64,000 nucleotides of DNA from an uncultured delta proteobacterium (GTDB lineage: Bacteria; Desulfobacterota; RBG-13-43-22): the NCBI GenBank assembly GCA_963843145.1, contig CAWJJC010000011.1, positions 17,793 through 81,792 of the forward strand, read 5' to 3'. Below, one piece after another: positions 8,999 through 18,103 of the stretch (within the stretch, counting starts at the first letter, position 1; each line of letters opens with the position of its first letter). The notes beneath the pieces were generated by a model, which saw only the letters and a list, made by a program, of their open reading frames with translations, searched no databases and was not told where the DNA came from. Both the position numbers and the translations under genes were made by a program.

Positions 8999-9163
8999 CA
9001 GGAGGCCTTAGGGGTAAAGGCCGGCGGCCGTTCAGTCATCTCGGATGGTGAACAGCAGCAGCTCCGGGATCTTCAACAGCCTTACAACGTCAATTTTGCC
9101 CCCGAAAAGGGCCGTTTAAGGCAAAATATTGGCCTCGAATGGGACGTTTATCCCGAAACTTAA
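8999..9163 (+). pseudogene. RAYT transposase C-terminal remnant
   Basis: QEALGVKAGGRSVISDG...; DNA similar to 5979-6030. Confidence 0.5.
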
Positions 9164-9219
9164 TTAGCGGCGTTTCTTCTTACTATATAACCAACAACCA
9201 TGGGAATTTCCCTTCCTTC

Positions 9220-9510
9220 TCAGGAGGACAATCCGAGACCGCGGCTGATGATCAGTTTCATAATTTCGCTGGTCCCGGCAAAGATGGACAGGCAACGCAC
9301 ATCCCGATAGATTTTGCAGACGCGGTATTCTTCCATATAGCCGTAGCCTCCATGGATCTGGACCGCCTGGTAGGCAATGCGGTTCACCATTTCACCGAGC
9401 CAGTATTTGGCCATGGATATGATCGCGGACCAGGCTGTCTAGAAAAGTGCGCCCCAGTTGGACCTCGGTGGCCATATCCGCCAGCCGAAAGGCGTTATAT
9501 TGGAAATTAC
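9220..9510 (-). pseudogene. acyl-CoA dehydrogenase C-terminal fragment, frameshifted
   Basis: GNFQYNAFRLADMATEVQLGRTFL then MAKYWLGEM...QIHGGYGYMEEY...IFAGTSEIMK; closely resembles the C-terminus of 33775-34926. Confidence 0.85.
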
Positions 9511-9741
9511 CGAATTCCGAGACCCCCTCCCCTACCGGCCCCACGTCAGCGGGATTCCCCCCCACTAATCGTTCGATCCTTACCAGTATACGCGAACGTG
9601 TACGAAAATCGGCCAGGCCGTCCAGCCAGTTAACGAAGGCTTCAGTCTTGCGAATCTCAGTTCTAGTTTATGATTGTAGCCCCCCGGCTACATTTTGGCA
9701 AGCTATACGCGATGCCGTTCGATTCACCGCGGCAGGCTCCG

Positions 9742-11739
9742 TCAAGGCGTAACGATCGAGAAGTTCCAATCAGGATCATCGAGCAGCGAGAACAGGGAGA
9801 CCAGCTTCAGTCGATCTCCTTTGATATGCAGATCGTCGGAGAAAACCAGATCCTTTATCGAGGCCTGCTTGGTTACAAGTTTGATCCAGAAGGAGCGGGT
9901 CAGGGTTACGGTGACATCGGCCTGCGGGTCCGCCGCCGTTTCTTTGTAGTGGAGGACGGAGTTTTCGATATGCACGACCATCGTCGCGCCTACGTCCTTA
10001 AAAACGAAATTAGCGGTCAGCTTCTTGCCGTCCGCCTTGGGTCCATCCAACCGGGTTGCCATCGCGGCAAAGAACTGGTCGAGGGGCAAGCTGCGCAAGA
10101 CGCCGGCGGCGGCATCCAGCGTCGTCGTTCCGCTGACTCCGTGGCGCAGCTCCTGCGCTCCGGTGAGATAGACGTCGCGCCAGGGTCCGGACTCTGCGAG
10201 ATAGCCGAGCTGATCATAGGTCCGAGCCAACAAGTCTTTGGCGGCGTCGTTTCCGGGAGCGGAGAACACGACGTGGTTGAGCAACGTAGCCGCCCAACGG
10301 TAGTCGCCCTGGTCGTAGGCTTCACCCGCCCTGGTAATGACGGCGCCGGCTCCGCCCATGGCCTCGACATAGCGCCGACCCTCATCTTCCGGCGGTAGCG
10401 GGTCGAGGTTCGCCGGGTTGCCGTCGAACCAGCCGAAGTAGAACTGGTAAACGGCGCGCGCGTTGTGTTTGGCCGTCCCGTAGTAGCCACGGTTGGGGAA
10501 GGATCGCCGGAGGCTTTCGGGGAGTACCATGTTTTCGGCGATCTCGCCCGGCGTCATACCTCTTGACGCCAGGCGCAACGTTTGGTCGTGCAGGTAGCGG
10601 TAGGTATCCCGATGTTTTTTCAGGTAGTCGATCACTCGTTCCGCGCCCCACACCGGCCAGTGATGACTGTTGAAAACGACCTCGGCCTGGCCGCCAAACA
10701 GGTCTAGGGCCTCGTCGATGTACCCGCTCCAAAGCAGAGCGTCGCGCACCTTGGCCCCTCGAAGGGTGTAGAGGTTGTGCATGTTCTGCGACACGATTTC
10801 GGCTCCGCAGAAACTCTTAAACTGCGGCAGGAAGAATGTGAACTCCGTCGGGGCTTCGGAATGCGGCACGTACTGAAAGACGAACTCGACGCCGTCGATT
10901 TCCATCTTCTGTCCGGTATGATCAACGATTTCGGTGGGTGCGAAAATGGATACGTCACTGACCGCCGGTCCCTTCCCCAGGCCCGTATCGACGTGGCCGC
11001 GGTCGGTCCGGCTCAGACCGGTGCCGTACATGTAGCGTGCTCGGCGCCCCATGACAACGCCGCCGAGGACGTTCTCACTGACCGCCTCAGCCATGAAATC
11101 CTTGGGTGCGATGAGTCGGACCTTGCCGGATCGAATGTCTTCCTCGCTGGTGACGCCCTTGATGCCGCCCCAATGATCGATATGACTGTGGGTGAAGATG
11201 ACCGCTGCCAGCGACCGTTCACCAAGGGAACGATTGACGAGGGCCAGCGCACGCTCGGCAGTCTCGGAGGCGGTGAGCGGGTCGACGAGGATACGGCCGC
11301 TTTGCCCCTCGATGATGCTCAGGTTCGCCAGGTCGTAGCCGCGAACCTGATAGATGCGGTCTGTCACTTTGAAGAGGCCGTTGATATTATTGAGCTTGGC
11401 CTGGCGCCACAGGCTCGGGTTCACACTGGGCGGCGCATCGCCGGTGACGAAGTCGTAGGACGGACGATCCCAGATCACTCGACCGGCACCGGTCTTCGTC
11501 ACCAGGGGATCGTCCGTCGTCATAAACCCTCGATGCGCGTCGTCGAACTCCGACCTGTCGTCTAGGGGGAGTTCCGCACCCATCGCCGCATTGGCGTTCG
11601 CCGTCAGGTCACTTGCCCGGGCATGCCCGTCTCCATCTGCATCGGGGCCGAAATTCCTGGCTTCCGGGCTTTTTTTGAGGTACGACGCCAGTGCCGTCAA
11701 ACCGCTCACGAGCCTGGTCCCGAATGAAGGTGGCCGCAT
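9742..11739 (-). CDS. alkyl/aryl sulfatase (SdsA1/BDS1 family, MBL fold, C-terminal SCP2-like domain)
   Basis: VNPSLWRQAKLN, THSHIDHWGG, HNLYTLRGAKVRD, HHWP, GWFDGNPANL. Confidence 0.93.
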   Translation of the reverse strand: MRPPSFGTRLVSGLTALASYLKKSPEARNFGPDADGDGHARASDLTANANAAMGAELPLDDRSEFDDAHRGFMTTDDPLVTKTGAGRVIWDRPSYDFVTGDAPPSVNPSLWRQAKLNNINGLFKVTDRIYQVRGYDLANLSIIEGQSGRILVDPLTASETAERALALVNRSLGERSLAAVIFTHSHIDHWGGIKGVTSEEDIRSGKVRLIAPKDFMAEAVSENVLGGVVMGRRARYMYGTGLSRTDRGHVDTGLGKGPAVSDVSIFAPTEIVDHTGQKMEIDGVEFVFQYVPHSEAPTEFTFFLPQFKSFCGAEIVSQNMHNLYTLRGAKVRDALLWSGYIDEALDLFGGQAEVVFNSHHWPVWGAERVIDYLKKHRDTYRYLHDQTLRLASRGMTPGEIAENMVLPESLRRSFPNRGYYGTAKHNARAVYQFYFGWFDGNPANLDPLPPEDEGRRYVEAMGGAGAVITRAGEAYDQGDYRWAATLLNHVVFSAPGNDAAKDLLARTYDQLGYLAESGPWRDVYLTGAQELRHGVSGTTTLDAAAGVLRSLPLDQFFAAMATRLDGPKADGKKLTANFVFKDVGATMVVHIENSVLHYKETAADPQADVTVTLTRSFWIKLVTKQASIKDLVFSDDLHIKGDRLKLVSLFSLLDDPDWNFSIVTP

Positions 11740-11852
11740 AAACTTCCTCTTTGTCTTTCAAGTCTATCGAAAGGGGTTATCCCGGTAGATCTAAGTAATT
11801 GCTTCGAGAAACTGGCGGCGTCCCGTAGGGGTAAAAAGGACTTTCAAGGTTT

Positions 11853-11966
11853 TTAACTCTCATGGGTTATGAAGACAGGCTCTCCGGACAACGAAACGCC
11901 TCTAACCACATCACTGGCGTTTTGCCTGAGATCTGAAATTGGTATGATTTTTGGAGTACTTGGCAT
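11853..11966 (-). pseudogene. truncated Phd/YefM antitoxin
   Basis: MPSTPKIIPISDLRQNASDVVRGVSLSGEPVFITHES* with GGAGG RBS; no toxin follows. Confidence 0.7.
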
Positions 11967-12155
11967 TGGCTGTGCCTCCCATGACGTTCTTAATAGTACC
12001 ACCAAATAATTATATCTTCAAGAGTTCGGCCTCGTTCTCCATAGGGATTTCATCTGGCAAAGGAAGCCAAAAGCCCTCTTGACTTTTGAAACCTCTCCAA
12101 TTTCCAGGCGGCAGGTTTATTCATTTTCCCCCGGGACAGTTTCCTCGCTCGGCAA

Positions 12156-13367
12156 TCAGGCAACCACCCCCCGGTCTTTAAAACTCCCGATTTCTTCCGG
12201 ACCGTATCCCAACCCGGCCAGAATCTCTTCGGTATGCTGCCCCAATCCCGGGGCCGGAAGTCGCCAGGAGGCCGGTGTTTCGCTGAAATCCCAGGGGAAG
12301 CCCGGCATTTTAACGTCGCCCCATTCGGGGTGGGGGACCTCGATGAAATAGTTGTTGGCCCAGGCCTGGGGGTCTTGGGTCACTTCCAGGGGCGTCTGGA
12401 TCGGCGTAAAGATGCAGCCTTCCCGCGCCAGAATATCCATCCATTCCTGCCGGTCCCGGGAGGCGAAGCGATCGTCCAGGAGGGCCACCAGTTCCGCGGC
12501 GTTTTCCCCCCGGGCGGCGATACTGGAGAAGCGGGCGTCTTCCCGAATTTCTTCCAATCCCAGGGCCTGGCAGAGCTTCGGCCAATAGCGGTCGGGGTCC
12601 AGGTGGGCGATGGCCAGCCATTTATCATCCCGGCAGCGGTAGTGGTTGTAGAGCGGGTTGCCGGCCCGGGACCGGACCTGGCGGGGGAATTCCTTGCCCA
12701 TAATGGCCGGGGCGGCCAGGACAAAGGCCAGGGCGCCGATCAGGCCGCTCATCAGGGAGGTGTCCACCACCTGTCCCTTGCCGGTCTTTTCCCGGGCGAA
12801 GAGCGCTGCCGTTACCCCCCAGGCACACATCAGACCGCCGATCTCATCGCCGATACCCGGCAGGATCTGGCCCGGCGGTTCTCCCGGTTCCCCGGCCGCC
12901 ATCATCAAGCCGCAGCGGGCGATCCCGGTGTAGTCGAAAGAAAAGTCTTCCGCCCCTTCGCCCTTCCGCCCCCAGCCCGAGGCGTGGGCGTAGATCAACC
13001 GGGGATTACGGGCCAACAGGGCATCCGGCCCGATGCCCATCTTGTCCGGCGCCTGGATACTCATGTTGGTGAGGAAGACGTCCGCGGTGTCGATCAGTCG
13101 AAGAAACAAGTCCCGGCCTTCCGGTTTTTTCAGGTCGATGACGATGCTTTTCTTGTTCCGGTTGCCGTGCTCAAAATAGTAATTGTTCCCCTCCAGCCCG
13201 GCCATGGCCCCGATGATCTTCATAAACCCCCGGCCCGGGTCCCCGCTCGGGGATTCCACCTTGATCACCTCGGCCCCCAGGTCTCCCAACCGCATGCCGG
13301 CCACCGGCCCCTGTTGGAACAGGGTGATTTCCACCACTCGGATTCCGTCCAACGGTCCTTTTTTCAT
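12156..13367 (-). CDS. class III CoA-transferase (CaiB/BaiF family, FldA/HadA-like)
   Basis: LGDLGAEVIKVE, NRNKKSI, SFDYTG, PGIGD, QAWANNY, APGLGQHTEEIL. Confidence 0.93.
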   Translation of the reverse strand: MKKGPLDGIRVVEITLFQQGPVAGMRLGDLGAEVIKVESPSGDPGRGFMKIIGAMAGLEGNNYYFEHGNRNKKSIVIDLKKPEGRDLFLRLIDTADVFLTNMSIQAPDKMGIGPDALLARNPRLIYAHASGWGRKGEGAEDFSFDYTGIARCGLMMAAGEPGEPPGQILPGIGDEIGGLMCAWGVTAALFAREKTGKGQVVDTSLMSGLIGALAFVLAAPAIMGKEFPRQVRSRAGNPLYNHYRCRDDKWLAIAHLDPDRYWPKLCQALGLEEIREDARFSSIAARGENAAELVALLDDRFASRDRQEWMDILAREGCIFTPIQTPLEVTQDPQAWANNYFIEVPHPEWGDVKMPGFPWDFSETPASWRLPAPGLGQHTEEILAGLGYGPEEIGSFKDRGVVA

Positions 13368-13531
13368 TTTAACTCCTCCCTATTTTTAATATTTTCCCCT
13401 TCGTTCCTGACCCTCACAGACCAAAACAGGCATAAAGGTTTGTTGTGCGCCGAAGGCGCCAAGGGTTGGGTGGGCGGCAGGTCGCCGCCCACCTGTCCTG
13501 TTTGGTCGGTGGCAAAATAAGTCATTTCCCC

Positions 13532-13575
13532 AAACAAAAAAGGGCCATGGTATTTCCCATGGCCCTTTTTTGTTT
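13532..13575 (-). terminator. intrinsic terminator of the attenuator
   Basis: Minus strand AAACAAAAAAGGGCCATGG-GAAATA-CCATGGCCCTTTTTTGTTT. Confidence 0.88.
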
Positions 13576-13578
13576 ATT

Positions 13579-13608
13579 CCATGGGCGGCCCCTTTCAGGT
13601 CCGCCCGG
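13579..13608 (-). promoter_or_regulatory. attenuator pause/antiterminator segment
   Basis: GGGCGGACC-TGAAA-GGGCCGCCC hairpin; overlapping CCCATGG can instead pair with CCATGGG in the terminator 5' arm. Confidence 0.75.
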
Positions 13609-13620
13609 CTTCGCTATCGG

Positions 13621-13704
13621 TTATGTCCGGCAGAAAAGGGCAGACCCGTTCCTAAAGCTAAAAAAGCTAAAGTTAAAAAATCGGATTTGCCCCTGTCCGC
13701 TCAC
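13621..13704 (-). CDS. Phe-rich leader peptide (27 aa, MSGQGQIRFFNFSFFSFRNGSALFCRT)
   Basis: GTG start with AAGGAAGGA RBS; 6 Phe (all TTT) within 9 codons, 7 Phe in total; precedes the attenuator hairpins. Confidence 0.85.
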   Translation of the reverse strand: MSGQGQIRFFNFSFFSFRNGSALFCRT

Positions 13705-13740
13705 TTGGCTATGTCCTTCCTTTAAGAAAAAACTGGAGAC

Positions 13741-13770
13741 AGTATAATTGAAATAAAATCGGAATGTCAA
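13741..13770 (-). promoter_or_regulatory. sigma70 promoter of the leader and CoA-transferase
   Basis: TTGACA-N18-TATACT on the minus strand. Confidence 0.75.
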
Positions 13771-13873
13771 ATAGAGAATTTAAAAATTGGTTTGATTTAA
13801 TTTTAACATAATGAAATGATTGGCTTGGATAAAATTCAGAAAAGCAACACGCTTGAAGGATGAACCAATAAAA

Positions 13874-14584
13874 ATGGATACGGTCATCATAGCTTGTCGT
13901 ACTATTGCCGATGAACTGCGGGTAGCCCTGCGAGAAACCGGGTGTACCTACCCTGTACTATGGATAGAATCGGGACTGCACCTCAGACCCGAATCCTTAA
14001 GAACCCGCCTCCAGGAGGAACTGGATCATATCGGGAATATCAGCCAGGCCCTTCTGGCCTTCGGCTATTGCGGCAATGCCCTGCTCGGGCTCAAGGCCGG
14101 AGACTTCCGGGTCATCTTCCCCCGGGTGGACGATTGCATCACCTTGATGCTGGGTTCCGGTTCCCGCCGCAACGCCATTGGCCGGGAGTGTGGGACCTAT
14201 TTTCTCACCAAAGGGTGGTTGGATTTTGAAAGGAATATCTGGGTGGAATACCAGGAAACGGTCAAGCGCCATGGAAAAGAAAAGGCCGACCGGATATTTA
14301 AGGTCATGCTCCGCCACTATCAACGCTTAGGCGTTATTGACACCGGCGCCTATGACCTGGGCAGCTTTCTTGAACGAGTGCGGAATATCGGCGAGGCTTT
14401 GGCGCTAAAACCCCAGGTGATCCCGGGAACACTGGATTACCTGAAGAAACTCCTTACCGGTCCGTGGGATGAAGATTTCATTATTATCAATCCCGGCGAG
14501 ACCGTAACGGTGGAACATATTTATGGAGGAGCCGCGTCATCCACCCGGGGAATCTCCACCCAGCCGCTTCAGTCCTGCATGTAG
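13874..14584 (+). CDS. DUF1638 domain protein
   Basis: IIACRTI, GLHLRPE, FGYCGNAL, PRVDDCITLMLGS, YFLTKGW. Confidence 0.88.
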   Translation: MDTVIIACRTIADELRVALRETGCTYPVLWIESGLHLRPESLRTRLQEELDHIGNISQALLAFGYCGNALLGLKAGDFRVIFPRVDDCITLMLGSGSRRNAIGRECGTYFLTKGWLDFERNIWVEYQETVKRHGKEKADRIFKVMLRHYQRLGVIDTGAYDLGSFLERVRNIGEALALKPQVIPGTLDYLKKLLTGPWDEDFIIINPGETVTVEHIYGGAASSTRGISTQPLQSCM

Positions 14585-14703
14585 GGGACCCACCCTGTGA
14601 TGGTATCCCACAATCAATAATAGCGCCCTGGTCCCCGATGGGATTCCACTTTGATTCATTTATAATAAATGTTTTGGACTCTTAAACTCATTTAGGTTAT
14701 AAT

Positions 14704-14716
14704 GGTCATAATGACC
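14704..14716. promoter_or_regulatory. palindromic operator of the phd-vapC pair
   Basis: GGTCAT-A-ATGACC directly after TATAAT. Confidence 0.55.
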
Positions 14717-14734
14717 TTTTGGAGGAAACGCGCG

Positions 14735-14998
14735 ATGAAACAAGAAACCATCGGAGTGGCCCAGGCCAAGAAAAACTTTTCAGATCTTCTGGGGCAGGTC
14801 GCTTACGGTAAAAAACGGATAGTGATTACCAAAAGAGGAAAGCCGGTGGCCCTTTTATCTCCCCCGGAGTCGGCCGAGCCGATTCCCTTCAAAGTTGGGG
14901 GATGGTTGGACGCGAGCGATCCCTTCTTTGAAGACATCGAAAAGATCGTTCGGGAGAGGCCCCGTCATAAGCCCAGGGTCTCCCAACGGAAAAATTAA
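14735..14998 (+). CDS. Phd/YefM family antitoxin
   Basis: IGVAQAKKNFSDLL...IVITKRGKPVA. Confidence 0.9.
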   Translation: MKQETIGVAQAKKNFSDLLGQVAYGKKRIVITKRGKPVALLSPPESAEPIPFKVGGWLDASDPFFEDIEKIVRERPRHKPRVSQRKN

Positions 14999-15003
14999 TC
15001 GCC

Positions 15004-15414
15004 GTGTACCTCTTGGATACCAATATTTTAAGTGAACTGGTCAAGAAACGCCCCAATCCTTATCTACTGTCCCGGTTGTCGTCTCAACCCACTCAAAACC
15101 TCTATACCTCTACTATCTGCATCATGGAATTGAGATATGGAAGCGCACTGCGGGATGACTTCAAGATTTTCTGGGAGAAGTTGGTAGCCCGGATCGTGTC
15201 TCAGATTCAAGTTATTCCAGTCGGCTTAAAAGAAAGCCTGTTGGCCGGAGATCTCTTGGCCTCTCTTCGAAAGAAGGGACAAGTCATCGGATTGGAGGAT
15301 GTCCTCATTGCGGCTTCCGCCCTTAGTCGAAATTTTATCTTGGTGTCAGCCAATATGCGCCATTTTTCAAAAGTGGAAGCGCTGGTGTGTGAGAATTGGT
15401 TAACATTTTCTTGA
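15004..15414 (+). CDS. vapC: PIN-domain toxin
   Basis: YLLDTNILSEL, ELRYG, DVLIAASAL, NMRHF. Confidence 0.92.
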   Translation: MYLLDTNILSELVKKRPNPYLLSRLSSQPTQNLYTSTICIMELRYGSALRDDFKIFWEKLVARIVSQIQVIPVGLKESLLAGDLLASLRKKGQVIGLEDVLIAASALSRNFILVSANMRHFSKVEALVCENWLTFS

Positions 15415-15460
15415 ATTAGGGTAAGGTAGTCAGGAAAAACCCTGGTTCTCAGTTGGGGCC

Positions 15461-15494
15461 CTGTAGGGGCGGGTTTAATCCCCGACCCTACAGG
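15461..15494. repeat. GTAG-family REP-like palindrome
   Basis: CTGTAGGGGCGGGTTTAATCCCCGACCCTACAG. Confidence 0.6.
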
Positions 15495-15549
15495 GTAGTT
15501 TTATGTTTCGAGGCGCCCCTCTGGGGCGGGGGGGGGGTTTAATAACCGC

Positions 15550-16791
15550 CTAATAAATATGGCGGGCGGGCCAGAGGCCCAACTTTACCTGTTTCCCGCC
15601 TTGAATCTGATCAAGGCGTACGTTTCCAACGCCCTCCACTTGACCCGGCCCAAAAGTCAGCGGTGTACTGGTCAAACCTCCGGTGTCGAAGTTCTTGATC
15701 TGAAAAAAACCGTTATTGAGTACGTCAACGGGTTTGAGTTTCTCAAGAGGGGTTTTTTGCAGGGCCAGCCTTAAGGCCTCCACCTGGGTCATAACTTCAA
15801 CCAATCCCTGCATATACATAGTGTGACGCGGCTTATTGGATTGATATTTCTTCTGTAAATCGAGGGCGAACTTTACGCCGGGCAAATCCTCCGACCAGGA
15901 GGGGAAGCTTCCACCGATCACCACGCCGTCCCCCAGCTTGCCCATGTCTTTACTAAAGGTATTTATATTGCAGGGAAAAGCGAAAGCAAAGGTAATCTTG
16001 TGGCCCAGATGGGGGCCCATATCCAGACGTACCGCCTCCTTTATTGTCGGCTGTGCGCCGGGGTTAACCATGGCCCCGAGGGTCAGGTCCACCTGGTTGG
16101 CCCTGAGCCACATCAATTGGGTGGTCGGCGGCGAGGTGGCCACGATCGGCACATACTGGATGCCGACAAAGTCGTAACCAGTTTTTTTGAGATAGGCTTC
16201 CAACTGGGGTATCTCGATCGACTTCCCAAAGGAATTATCCGCGGTCAAGTAAGCCACCCTAGGCTTCCTCTTTTCCTTCCAATGCTCTTTGAACCAGTCG
16301 GCCACGGCCGCCATCTCATCCGTATAAAGTGGGATATGGAGAAAGCTGGTCTGCGGTGGTGTTAAAAGATAGGACCCGATCGCCATACCGGTGGCCCCCA
16401 TACGGTCCTGATTCAGTCTGTCCTTCAGGGCCAGGGCTATGGGCGTTCCGGATAAGCGGTAGACCAGGATCCCCTTGGCCTTAAGCTCTTCATAGATCGA
16501 GAGCGCCTTGGACGGCTTCAGTTCGTCGTCCCGCCAGAGCAGCTCGATGGATGCATCGGCCGGCCATTTTTCCTTTCGCCAGGGGGCCAGGTTTTTGGTC
16601 TCGTTTACATATTTGACATAATCCTCAAAGGCCGCCAGCACGCCGGCCGAATCATCCGCATAGGGACCGGTCAGCGCAACGGTGCCGCCGACATAAACCG
16701 TTTTCGCGGCTGAAGTTGCGGCCGGAAAGAGTGACCAGCCCACCAGCAGAATTATCATGAAACCTAGAAATGCCCATCCACTTTTAGCCAT
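15550..16791 (-). CDS. ABC transporter substrate-binding protein (LivK/PBP1 type)
   Basis: Signal peptide, LTGPYA; close paralog of 48379-49623. Confidence 0.9.
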   Translation of the reverse strand: MAKSGWAFLGFMIILLVGWSLFPAATSAAKTVYVGGTVALTGPYADDSAGVLAAFEDYVKYVNETKNLAPWRKEKWPADASIELLWRDDELKPSKALSIYEELKAKGILVYRLSGTPIALALKDRLNQDRMGATGMAIGSYLLTPPQTSFLHIPLYTDEMAAVADWFKEHWKEKRKPRVAYLTADNSFGKSIEIPQLEAYLKKTGYDFVGIQYVPIVATSPPTTQLMWLRANQVDLTLGAMVNPGAQPTIKEAVRLDMGPHLGHKITFAFAFPCNINTFSKDMGKLGDGVVIGGSFPSWSEDLPGVKFALDLQKKYQSNKPRHTMYMQGLVEVMTQVEALRLALQKTPLEKLKPVDVLNNGFFQIKNFDTGGLTSTPLTFGPGQVEGVGNVRLDQIQGGKQVKLGLWPARHIY

Positions 16792-16920
16792 TTGCCCTCC
16801 TTCTTCCTGATTGATTTAGTTACGCTGAACAGCTATTCTTCCGCCTTCCTGTGGGACCCTTACTCATCACCCCTTTCCCTGGTCGATTCACGGGCAATTC
16901 TTCAATCTACCGTTAAGAAT

Positions 16921-18066
16921 TTAAAGACCCATTTGCCGGGCCGCCACGATCCGCATGATGTCGCTGGTCCCTCCGCCGATCATGGGAAAATAGGAGTCCC
17001 GGAGATAGCGCTGGATCGGAAACTCGGTCATCAGGCCGTAGCCGCCGAAGATATTCACGGCCTTCTGACAGATCAGGTTGACCCCGTCGGCGGCGATGAT
17101 CTTGGCCATCGCCGCCTCGCGGGTGATGGGTTCACCTCGGTCGGCCATGGCCGCTGCGTGGTAGACATAAAGCTGGGCCTGCTCCAGGATGGTCAGCATG
17201 TCCACCAGCTTGAATTGCACGCCCTGGAATTTGCCGATGGGTTGTCCGAACTGCTCGCGCTCCCGGGCGTACTTGAAAGCCGCTTCATAGGCGGCCCGCC
17301 CGATGCCGAGGGCCTGGGCGGCCGTGAAGATTCGATCAACGGTTAGGGACAGGTAGGCATTCATAAAACCCTGGTTCTCATCACCCAGGCGATATTCCAA
17401 GGGCACCTGAACATCCTCAAAAACCAGTTCATTGGTGTCGGCGCAGTGGGTAGTAAACTTGTCCAACTTGCGGGCCACGGTGAAACCAGGTATCTTGGTG
17501 TCCACCAAAAACAGAGAGATCCCCTTGAGCCCCTTGGCGGGATCGGTCTTGGCGGCCACGGTGACGAAATCAGCGAAGGTACCATTGCTGATAAATATCT
17601 TGCTGCCATTGAGCACATAGTGATCGCCCCGGCGTTCGGCCCTGGTCCGGATGGATGCCGCGTCGGAACCGGAGTTGGGCTCTGTAATGGCGAAGGCCCC
17701 TACCATCTCCCCTTTGATGGCCGGCACCAGGTATTTCTGTTTCAACTCCTCGCTTCCCCATTGGTAAATGGTGTGGGTGGCCGTAGAGGCATGCATGCAC
17801 ACCGGGGTGGAAAGACCCATTGAGCCCCGGGACAGCTCCTCGAGAAAAATCGTGTAATAAACATTCGGACTGTCCAGACCGCTGCCGCCGTACTCCTCCG
17901 GATAGTGGATGCCAAAATAGCCCAATTCCCCCAGCTCGCGGAAAAGTTCCCGGGGAAATTCATTGCGGCGGTCCAGCTCATCGGCCACCGGCACCAAGCG
18001 CTCGTCCACCCAGCGGGCGATATGCGTGCGGAATTCAATTTGATCTTTGCTAAACGGGAATTGCAT
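16921..18066 (-). CDS. acyl-CoA dehydrogenase
   Basis: AITEPNSGSD, NGSKIFISNG, REQFGQPIG, IFGGYG, IGGGTSDI. Confidence 0.95.
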   Translation of the reverse strand: MQFPFSKDQIEFRTHIARWVDERLVPVADELDRRNEFPRELFRELGELGYFGIHYPEEYGGSGLDSPNVYYTIFLEELSRGSMGLSTPVCMHASTATHTIYQWGSEELKQKYLVPAIKGEMVGAFAITEPNSGSDAASIRTRAERRGDHYVLNGSKIFISNGTFADFVTVAAKTDPAKGLKGISLFLVDTKIPGFTVARKLDKFTTHCADTNELVFEDVQVPLEYRLGDENQGFMNAYLSLTVDRIFTAAQALGIGRAAYEAAFKYAREREQFGQPIGKFQGVQFKLVDMLTILEQAQLYVYHAAAMADRGEPITREAAMAKIIAADGVNLICQKAVNIFGGYGLMTEFPIQRYLRDSYFPMIGGGTSDIMRIVAARQMGL

Positions 18067-18103
18067 GTTAGGTTTTTCCTTTCTCCAGATCCGTTATAGG
18101 AGA

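Noticed and set aside
11811-11832. tRNA gene
   Set aside because: Only a ~15-nt 3'-end-like stub; no cloverleaf
12234-13520. Long antisense ORFs (also 26356-27408, 29919-30875, 35072-36025, 36376-37332, 46036-47127, 52768-53757, 59556-60725)
   Set aside because: Shadow frames of GC-rich genes with clear motifs on the opposite strand
13532-13704. T-box or metabolite riboswitch in the CoA-transferase leader
   Set aside because: No UGGNACC T-box motif or known aptamer seen; the Phe-rich uORF explains the structure
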